The position numbers and the translations under genes were made by a program. Below, piece after piece: positions 57,158-64,000 of a stretch of DNA of 64,000 nt (the stretch's first letter is position 1; the number at the start of each line of letters is the position of its first letter). Source of the stretch: Dehalococcoidia bacterium (GTDB taxonomy: Bacteria; Chloroflexota; Dehalococcoidia; Lucifugimonadales; JAGWBF01); contig CBDDDW010000001.1 in assembly GCA_965226805.1 (NCBI GenBank), positions 24,233 through 88,232 on the forward strand, given 5' to 3'. The notes below the pieces were generated by a model that was given only the letters and a program-made list of their open reading frames with translations, did not search any database and was not told the origin of the DNA.

Positions 57158-58417
57158 ATGGACGCTCCGGTCAGGATTGAGAACAGAGCCCAGCTGATCT
57201 ACCTGCTCACTGAAGCTGCAGAGCTCGAGCACGGGATAATGTGCTGTTATTTGTTTGCCGCTTTCAGCATGAAGAGCGACGTCAAGGAGGGCGTCGATGA
57301 AGAGTATTTAAGCATCATAAGGCGGTGGCGAGGGACGATTCTCCAGATTTCGATTCAGGAAATGTTGCATTTGTCCCTGGCCTGCAACATTCTCACGGCG
57401 GTGGGAGGCGCCCCCCATCTACGCAGACCAAACCTCCCGGTCAGCCCGCGGGCCTACCCGCCGTCTTTCAAGCTGGAGCTGGTCCCGTTTTGCCGCGAAT
57501 CGCTGGACACCTTCGTATTCATCGAGAGGCCGGAGGACATCGAATCTGAAATTGGCGAGGGCGAGGGCTCGGGATTGTCGTTGCCGCCACCGCAGAAACT
57601 CAGTGATATTTTCTCCAGCGCACGGGAATATGATAACCAGGGTCGCTTATACAAGGGCATTGAAGATGGCCTCGAATACCTCAGCCAGAAATACGGGGAG
57701 GACCGCCTGTTCCTCGCTCCACCCAAAGCCCAGCTGGCCAACTCCTATTTCAGTCTACCGGGCCTGAACCCGGTCACGGATCTGGCCTCAGCAGCAGCCG
57801 GTCTTAAGGTTATCGTCGAGCAAGGAGAAGGAGCACGGAACAGCTCTGAGAACTCTCATCATGCCAGATTCCTTGCCATCCAGGAAGAATACGAGCAGAT
57901 ACAAAGGGATGATCCCAAATTCGAGCCTGGACGCCCTGTGATGTGGAATCCTTACTCGATGTTACCCGGTGACATCGCCGACATAGATGCGGTCAACCTG
58001 ATAGAAGACCCTTTGAGCATCGATATAAGCAATCTCTTCGACGGATGCTATGAGCTTTTGATGCAAATGCTTGGGCGGCTGTTTCTACACGGGGAAGAGT
58101 CCGAAGGCCAACTCACGCGGCTATCTGATATCACCGTGGGTATGATGATGGACGTAATCGGGCCACTCGGTGAGGCACTGACCACGCTGCCGGTGGGGGC
58201 CTCTCATCCAGGCCTGACTGCAGGCCCGAGTTTCCGTCTCTCGCGAGATGTTAACACTCCGCCGCACCAATCCGCCGCTAGTGCGCTATTCGTCGAGCGG
58301 CTGAAGGAGCTGTCCGCGTACTGTGGGTTTCTCCAAATGAAAGGGGTCTTGCCGACGGTGTTGACTCGGGTAAGGGGGTCCCTGGCCCAGTACGCTGAGC
58401 AGCTCAACGAATCGTGA
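57158..58417 (+). CDS. ferritin-like domain protein (PF12902-type, VioB-N-terminal-like)
   Basis: LIYLLTEAAELEHGIMCCYLFAAFSMK and ISIQEMLHLSLACNILTAVGGAPHL match my recollection of the ferritin-like family. It starts 55 nt downstream of the DUF2652-MTase gene. Confidence 0.6.
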   Translation: MDAPVRIENRAQLIYLLTEAAELEHGIMCCYLFAAFSMKSDVKEGVDEEYLSIIRRWRGTILQISIQEMLHLSLACNILTAVGGAPHLRRPNLPVSPRAYPPSFKLELVPFCRESLDTFVFIERPEDIESEIGEGEGSGLSLPPPQKLSDIFSSAREYDNQGRLYKGIEDGLEYLSQKYGEDRLFLAPPKAQLANSYFSLPGLNPVTDLASAAAGLKVIVEQGEGARNSSENSHHARFLAIQEEYEQIQRDDPKFEPGRPVMWNPYSMLPGDIADIDAVNLIEDPLSIDISNLFDGCYELLMQMLGRLFLHGEESEGQLTRLSDITVGMMMDVIGPLGEALTTLPVGASHPGLTAGPSFRLSRDVNTPPHQSAASALFVERLKELSAYCGFLQMKGVLPTVLTRVRGSLAQYAEQLNES

Positions 58418-58442
58418 TGTGATAATCTGTGTAGGCCAAAGG

Positions 58443-58838
58443 TCACTGTACCAGGCGAGCGTCGGCATCCCGTAGCCGCTCCGCGAGGACTTGTAGCAAC
58501 CTGATCCCCACCTGCGGTGCCCTCTCAAGCTGCGAGAGGAACACCCAACGGTCGATACCCAGGCACCCGACCTCGCTCACAGCGCGTACGCTCGCCGTCC
58601 TGGGCCACTCGCCCAGAAGCGCCATCTCGCCGAGGACCTCGCCGGACCCTCGTGTCGCGAGGATTAGCTGATTCTCGGTCCCCAGCGCTTTCACCACTTC
58701 TACTTCGCCCGAGAGAATTACGTAGCATCCATTTCCGGTACGACCCTCTTCGACGATCAGCTCCCCGGGATGGAATGTTTTTTGAAACGTGAAGCTGGAG
58801 ATGACATCGAGTTGGTCCTGGCTCAACCCGGAAAACAA
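58443..58838 (-). CDS. stand-alone cyclic-nucleotide-binding domain protein
   Basis: FHPGELIVEEGRTGNGCYVILSGEVEV...GEVLGEMALLGEWPRTASVRAVS is the CAP/cNMP-binding signature. There is no output domain. Confidence 0.8.
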   Translation of the reverse strand: MFSGLSQDQLDVISSFTFQKTFHPGELIVEEGRTGNGCYVILSGEVEVVKALGTENQLILATRGSGEVLGEMALLGEWPRTASVRAVSEVGCLGIDRWVFLSQLERAPQVGIRLLQVLAERLRDADARLVQ

Positions 58839-58860
58839 CCATATTCGGCTTTAGCCCGAA

Positions 58861-60562
58861 TCCACCGAAGGACGGCCTTGGGGACAGTCCTTGAAGAAGC
58901 CATCGGGTGCTCCTCTGAATCTGGGATAATGGTTTTGGAACAGAAACCAGCCCGGAAACAAGGAGCACCCAATAGATGCTGCCACAGAACAAACCCGACC
59001 GTATCCGCATCCTCTTTGACGACCATCGCCTGGTGGCCAATGCCGGCCTGCTCCTGCCGGCCACCCTAGCCCGGCACCTGGGCCTGCGGGAACTCGTCGA
59101 CCATCACCTTGACCTCGGCGGAGCGCCGGGACGGGCGAACACTGGGGACAAGATGCTGACGCTGGTCGCTTCCGCGCTGGCAGGCGGCGACTGCATCGAC
59201 GACGCCGATGCGCTGCGCGCTGGTGGGACGGTCGGTGTTCTAGGCTGCGTGGTCAAGGCGCCATCCACCCTGGGGACCTTCCTGCGCAGCTTCCGGTGGG
59301 GGCATGTCCGTCAACTCGACCGCGTGAGCCGCCAGTTGTTGGCCCGGGCCTGGGCCGCTGGGGCCGGACCCGGCGACTCGCCCCTGACCATCGACCTGGA
59401 CTCGACCATCTGCGAGACCTATGGACTGGCCAAGGAGGGAGCGCGCCACCACGGCTATACCGGCGCCCGCGGCTATCACCCGCTGCTGGCCATTGCCGCC
59501 GGCACCGGCGAGGTGCTGATGTCCCGGCTGCGCGAGGGCCGGGCCAACACCGCCCGTGGCGCCGCCCACTTCCTGCGTGAGACGGTGGGGCGGGTGCGCT
59601 ACGGCGGGGCCAGGGGACAACTCACGGTGCGGGCCGACAGCGGCTTCTACGCCCACACTGTCGTTGCCGCCTGCCGGGAAATGGATGTCCGCTTCTCTAT
59701 CACCATCCGCCAGCGCGCCAGCCTGCGGGACCTGATCGAGGCGATACCAGAGGAGGACTGGACTCCCATTCCCTACTGGATGGACGGCGCCGCCGATGTC
59801 GCCGAGACGACTTACACCCCGTTCCAGACCAAGCCGGACGCCGCGCCGGTGCGGCTCATTGTCCGGCGGGTGAAGCCGACGCCCGGTTCCCAGCTCGCCC
59901 TCTTCGCCAGATACAGCTATCACGCCTTCATCACCGACCGCGATGGGGAGACGCTGGAACTGGAGGCCGATCATCGCCGCCACGCCGAGGTCGAGAACGC
60001 CATACGCGACCTCAAGTACGGCGTCGGGCTGAACCACATGCCGTCGGGGCGCTTCGCCGCCAACGGCGCCTGGCTGGCGGTCCAGGTGATGGCGCATAAC
60101 CTGGCCCGCTGGACAGCCCGCATCGGCCTGGGTCAGCAGATCGTGACCACCAAGACCCTCAGGCGGCGGGTCTTCGCTCTGGTGGGACGGATCACCCGCT
60201 CGGCGCGCCGCCTCACTTTGCATCTCCCCCGGCGCTGGCCTTGGGAAACCCAGTTCAGTCGCGCCTTGGCCCGGCTGCAAGCCATTCCATTCCCGGCCTG
60301 ACGGCCAGCCTGCAACTGACCCAACGTCCCCGCAATCTCGCGCCACCCCGGTCGCGAGAGTCCCCTGCTGCGTATCCTCTCGCCATCCCGCGCATCGCAA
60401 CTCCCGCATAGGGCCTTAGGGGCCCTGTGCGGCGCCTGAAGACCCTCCGCCGGCCTCCCATCTACCCCAAGACCCCAGGCCATCTCCCCTGTAGCTCCCT
60501 CACCCACCCCCTTCCGCTGTCCTCACGCCGTCCATCCGTGTCCTTCGGTGGATTCGGGTTAA
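58861..60562 (+). mobile_element. IS1380-family insertion sequence
   Basis: The 23-bp terminal inverted repeats are TTAGCCCGAATCCACCGAAGGAC (58861-58883) and the reverse complement of 60540-60562, TTAACCCGAATCCACCGAAGGAC (22/23 identical). No target duplication was seen. Confidence 0.8.
58976..60301 (+). CDS. IS1380-family transposase (DDE)
   Basis: DDHRLVANAGLLLPATLARHLGL, LTIDLDSTICETYG, and GYTGARGYHPLLA are hallmark IS1380 strings. Confidence 0.9.
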   Translation: MLPQNKPDRIRILFDDHRLVANAGLLLPATLARHLGLRELVDHHLDLGGAPGRANTGDKMLTLVASALAGGDCIDDADALRAGGTVGVLGCVVKAPSTLGTFLRSFRWGHVRQLDRVSRQLLARAWAAGAGPGDSPLTIDLDSTICETYGLAKEGARHHGYTGARGYHPLLAIAAGTGEVLMSRLREGRANTARGAAHFLRETVGRVRYGGARGQLTVRADSGFYAHTVVAACREMDVRFSITIRQRASLRDLIEAIPEEDWTPIPYWMDGAADVAETTYTPFQTKPDAAPVRLIVRRVKPTPGSQLALFARYSYHAFITDRDGETLELEADHRRHAEVENAIRDLKYGVGLNHMPSGRFAANGAWLAVQVMAHNLARWTARIGLGQQIVTTKTLRRRVFALVGRITRSARRLTLHLPRRWPWETQFSRALARLQAIPFPA

Positions 60563-60722
60563 GACCTCCGCGGACATGGCATCGCCTCCTTCATAGAACC
60601 TGGAGTGACCCGACGCCTCCACACTGGTCCATTGCGGGTCAACCATGACACAGTAATGGAGAGGCCGCCGAGGTGACGGTGTTCTCCCGCTCGATGCGGG
60701 CAGCCAGCGCCATGCTCACTGA

Positions 60723-61394
60723 TCATGGGTCCGAGAAGCCGATTTCCTTGTGTGTCCCGTCGCAGAGGGGTTTCTTCTTGGAAGCCCCACAGCGACATAG
60801 TGTAACCCTGTTGCGTGTTTCGAGGGGCTGCCCGTCACGCCTTTCTACGGGTATGCCCCCGCTGATCCATAGCGGCCCGTCGGGAGTCACGGCGATCTCT
60901 TTAGGAAGGTCTGGTTCTATGATTTCGCCGTCCGCTTCTAGAGCGAAGGAAAGCGCACCCGACGGGCATCGCTCAGCCATGCCCATGATTGCGACCCGCA
61001 CTTGAGTGTCCGCCGATTCCGCAACCATCTTCCAGATGTTAGTAATTCGGTTGCCGCAAAAGCCCGCGTGGGTGCATAAAGACCGGTCGTCCTTGACGAC
61101 TATCTTTTCGCCTACATGGTTCACTTCGCGATCGGCGATAGGTCCCGGGTCGGCTGTCTCATAGCCATCGAATTGCACTAGGGTGTGAGTGCCGTCACAG
61201 AAGGGTTTTGTGCTGGATTGTCCACATCGGCAGAGACGGTAGACATTCTCGGTGCTCAGAACGCCTTCTTTTTTCCAGGTGAGTGGCTCGCCGTGCTCTG
61301 ACATCACCGGCGTCTTGCGAACAAGTGGAATTCCACCCCGGACTATATATGGGCCATTGGGCCGAACAGTGATCTTTTGGATTTCCTCTGTCAT
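60723..61394 (-). CDS. CDGSH iron-sulfur domain protein (two CDGSH motifs flanking a ferredoxin-like Cys region)
   Basis: Track ORF 60723-61424. CRCGQSSTKPFCDGTH, CRCGASKKKPLCDGTH and the central CTHAGFCG...CPSGAL are present. The likely start is the ATG at 61394 (MTEEIQK) behind GAAGGA. Confidence 0.85.
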   Translation of the reverse strand: MTEEIQKITVRPNGPYIVRGGIPLVRKTPVMSEHGEPLTWKKEGVLSTENVYRLCRCGQSSTKPFCDGTHTLVQFDGYETADPGPIADREVNHVGEKIVVKDDRSLCTHAGFCGNRITNIWKMVAESADTQVRVAIMGMAERCPSGALSFALEADGEIIEPDLPKEIAVTPDGPLWISGGIPVERRDGQPLETRNRVTLCRCGASKKKPLCDGTHKEIGFSDP

Positions 61395-61501
61395 CGGGTC
61401 CTTCGAGATCGAACTTAGCCGCAATGTTACTATAGCTCTCGGTTTCCGTCCAGGTCGACTGGAATCATAGGGCGGAGGGCTCCTGCTCTCTTACCTCAAC
61501 C

Positions 61502-63301
61502 TTACCAGCCGATGGCGTAGGTTGCCCGGCGGGGATCTGCGCCGGCGGTGAGCGCTCCGGTCTCGGGGTCCCGTTGGGTTACAACGGCGCCCATGCCACA
61601 GGAGTCGGCCTCGACTACCTTGTGGCCCAGGGCCTCAAGTCGTGAGCGGACTTCATCGGGAATACCCGGGTCCACGGCTAGCTGGCCCGGCAGGTAGACG
61701 CGGGGGTAGAAGGAGTTGATGATGCTCTGGGTCCCGAACCGCGGCGCCTCTACTGCCTGCTGAGGCCCCATGCCGAACGCCAGCACGTTGAGGATCTGCT
61801 GCAGGTTCGCCTGGACCTGAAAGTCCCCTCCGGGGCATCCGCTGGTCATGACCGGCTGGCCGTCCCTGCAAACGATGTAGCTGACCAGCGTGGTGCGAGG
61901 CCGCTTACCGGGCCGCAACCCGTTTGGGTGCTCTTCGTCTAGGAAAAACATCTCGCTACGTGTGCTCAGCGCGAAACCCAACTCCGGAAAGAACACCGAT
62001 TTGGTGAAGCCGCCGCCGCTGGGCGTCACACAGACCATGTTCCCCTCGCGGTCGATGACGGCGAAATGGGTGGTCCCTTCTTGATGCCCCTCCGCGCCGT
62101 CCTGGGCCGTGACCATGCTTAGTGGGGCGTTGCTTCGCGACGCCCCCGCTCCGTTCTCGTACCTCCAGGGGTCTCCGGCCTGTGGGAGCTCTGGACATGC
62201 TTTCTCCCACGAAATTATCCTTGCCCTCTCGGCGGCGTACTGCTTAGACAGAAGGCCCTCCACAGGTACGCTGGTGTAGTCGGGGTCCCCGTAGTACATC
62301 TCTCTGTCGGCAAAGGCCAGCTTGAGGGCTTCCGTTAAGATGTGGATATACTCGGGTGAGTTGTGCCCCATGGCCCGAAGATCGAAGTTTTCAAGCATGT
62401 TGAGGGCCTGAAGCACAACCGCCCCCTGACTCCAGGTGGACTGGGCGCAAACCTCGTATCCCATAAAGGTGGTTGTGATGGGGTCCTCGAATTTCGCCCG
62501 GTACCCCGCCAGGTCATCGAGGCTCAGGAGGCCGCCCACCCGGTTGGAGCACTCGACAATGGTCCTCGCGATGTCGCCGCGGTAAAACATCTCCCGGGCT
62601 GCCCGTAGTCCGGCGATTCGATCGCCTCCGGCCGAGTGCTCCGCCGCTACCATCTTTCGTATGGTGTCCCCCAACTGCTCCTGGACCAGCAATTCCCCCA
62701 CCCTGGGCGGATCGCCTCCTGGGTAGAAGACATCCGCGCCCCCCGGGGGATAGACCTTGAACTGCTCCATGTGCGCCGGGTTTTCCAGGATCCCCCGCAT
62801 GTATGGGTACATAGGGAAGCCGCGGTGAGCGTAATCGATAGCGGACTCGGCGGCCTCGCCGAGGGTCTTTGTGCCATATGTTTCGAGCATGGTCAGGAAG
62901 CCGTCCACCGCTCCAGGTACTGTAAAGGACAGCTCGGCGTTGGCCCCGGGGCCGGTAGGGATCTTGTCCAGTCCCCTTGCTTTGAAGAACTCTACCGTCG
63001 CCCCTCCAGGGGCCACTCCCTGGGCGCTCAATGCTCTTACCTGGCGCGTGCCGGCGTGATATAGCATGATCGACGCCTCTGTGGCCAGGGTGTAGGATGC
63101 GGTAGGTTCCACAACGGCAGCGGTGAAGCCGGCGGCCACGGCCGCGTCGAAGGCGTTACCGCCGCTGAGTAGCATGCGCATCGCCGAGATGGCGGTCAGG
63201 TGGTGCCCGGCGGATACGATGCCTTGAGTGCCATCCACTGCCGGTCGGCTGGTTGGAGTATTCGTGATGTCTGCAGCAAGGGCCTCTTTAGACTTCACCA
63301 T
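61502..63301 (-). CDS. ggt: gamma-glutamyltransferase family protein
   Basis: 599 aa. The nucleophile region QEGTTHFAVIDREGNMV and the C-terminal GADPRR are present. The ATG follows GGAGG. Confidence 0.85.
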   Translation of the reverse strand: MVKSKEALAADITNTPTSRPAVDGTQGIVSAGHHLTAISAMRMLLSGGNAFDAAVAAGFTAAVVEPTASYTLATEASIMLYHAGTRQVRALSAQGVAPGGATVEFFKARGLDKIPTGPGANAELSFTVPGAVDGFLTMLETYGTKTLGEAAESAIDYAHRGFPMYPYMRGILENPAHMEQFKVYPPGGADVFYPGGDPPRVGELLVQEQLGDTIRKMVAAEHSAGGDRIAGLRAAREMFYRGDIARTIVECSNRVGGLLSLDDLAGYRAKFEDPITTTFMGYEVCAQSTWSQGAVVLQALNMLENFDLRAMGHNSPEYIHILTEALKLAFADREMYYGDPDYTSVPVEGLLSKQYAAERARIISWEKACPELPQAGDPWRYENGAGASRSNAPLSMVTAQDGAEGHQEGTTHFAVIDREGNMVCVTPSGGGFTKSVFFPELGFALSTRSEMFFLDEEHPNGLRPGKRPRTTLVSYIVCRDGQPVMTSGCPGGDFQVQANLQQILNVLAFGMGPQQAVEAPRFGTQSIINSFYPRVYLPGQLAVDPGIPDEVRSRLEALGHKVVEADSCGMGAVVTQRDPETGALTAGADPRRATYAIGW

Positions 63302-63472
63302 TGCGGGGCCTCCTGGGTACCGGGCGCATGGCTTCGTAGGAATCCCTTACTCCCGGCAGGATATGCACGCCCTCCGACACGCACAGGACGACGATGAACC
63401 GCAGCATAGCCGATGCCGGAGATTTGCGCAATGCCTCCCTGTGGCCCCACCATCTTCGCCCAACGAGAGGGC

Positions 63473-63871
63473 CTACTCAGCGTCTGTTGAATCCCGGTCG
63501 AACCTAGGGTCGCCGGTGGCGAAATCCGCAGAGTGGGTCAGTTCGACCACGTCCAGCTCTCGGCCATCGAGTCGCCCCCTGACTACGTCGCCGTCCTGCA
63601 AGCGGTCGAATACCTCCTTCTCGATGATATAGGCCATGGTTCTGCCAATAGGGATGTCATTCTTTTCGTCTTCGGTCACCAGGGTGAGAGATACTGTATA
63701 CCACGTGACAGGGCCGTTTCGTTCGCCTTGGCCGATTTGTTTGCTCTCGGCGACCCCGATCACCATTGGAGGCTGAAAGAGGGGGTAAAGGTTAAACCCC
63801 ACCGAAACGGCAAGACCGATAACCAGCACTAGTAGGGCAGATACCTGTTTGGCGCTGAGTCCCATGTTCAT
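63473..63871 (-). CDS. hypothetical membrane-anchored protein
   Basis: 132 aa with an N-terminal TM (VSALLVLVIGLAVSVGF). No family was recognised. Confidence 0.45.
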   Translation of the reverse strand: MNMGLSAKQVSALLVLVIGLAVSVGFNLYPLFQPPMVIGVAESKQIGQGERNGPVTWYTVSLTLVTEDEKNDIPIGRTMAYIIEKEVFDRLQDGDVVRGRLDGRELDVVELTHSADFATGDPRFDRDSTDAE

Positions 63872-64000
63872 GTTATTTCCTCGCTCGACGCCCTCTCGGC
63901 TATAGTCCCTGTCATATCAGACGTACCGGGGCCTCGTTTTGTTCCCGGAAGGATAATCGACCGCTTTCCTTTGCTGATGGGGACTGTGCTACGTGCCGAT

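Noticed and set aside
60640-60722. The frame stays open for about 27 codons after the TGA stop of the CDGSH gene (possible readthrough or Sec).
   Set aside because: The stop falls at the normal family C-terminus (..KEIGFSDP). The extension has no conserved look, and no hairpin follows the TGA.
1-64000. Search for tRNA, rRNA, tmRNA, SRP RNA or RNase P RNA signatures (T-loop GGTTCGAATCC-like strings, SRP GGAAGCAGCC, and others).
   Set aside because: No convincing match was seen by eye in any intergenic region. A tRNAscan/Infernal run would be needed to be definitive.

Overview
High-GC bacterial window, densely coded on both strands. The gene content is that of a marine or sediment heterotroph: four amidohydrolase-2 paralogues, two luciferase-like (LLM) oxidoreductases, an epoxide hydrolase, Ni-SOD sodN/sodX, and cohesin/dockerin surface proteins. 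It looks Chloroflexota-like, but that is inference only. I saw no rRNA, tRNA or CRISPR.

Main blocks:
- 1-5.1 kb: methyltransferases and hydrolases.
- 5.1-14.3 kb: two tandem giant surface-protein genes carrying cohesin-like and dockerin modules, with frame breaks at short homopolymers.
- 14.6-24.6 kb: epimerase, a LuxR-PDZ regulator, a sulfite-oxidase-like Mo enzyme, an orphan E2, an LLM, and a tandem amidohydrolase pair with a duplicated promoter/operator.
- 24.7-31.4 kb: a BNR lipoprotein operon, an MFS transporter and an ABC-2 exporter.
- 31.5-33.2 kb: an IS256-family element inserted into an IS3 orfA remnant.
- 33.7-51.2 kb: a catabolic mix that includes sodN-sodX, amidase, M28 peptidase, UDG, LLM, SMP-30, AcoX-like kinase, an acyl-CoA synthetase, two tandem copies of an uncharacterised ~190-aa family, and a PEP-mutase-family enzyme.
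- 51.8-55.1 kb: a response regulator and minCDE.
- 55.5-60.6 kb: an AT-richer islet that starts at a truncated aminoacylase gene and ends in an IS1380 element.
- 60.7-63.9 kb: a CDGSH protein and GGT.

The most interesting signal is in the 55.5-60.6 kb islet. A DUF2652 (cyclase-like) domain is fused to an ArsM/AS3MT-like methyltransferase. Its in-frame TGA sits exactly at a conserved As-binding Cys position and is followed by a SECIS-like hairpin, so this is a candidate selenoprotein.

Several genes are disrupted. Most breaks are 1-nt indels at short homopolymers and are probably consensus errors. A 26-nt microhomology deletion and in-frame TAG and TAA stops look like real lesions.
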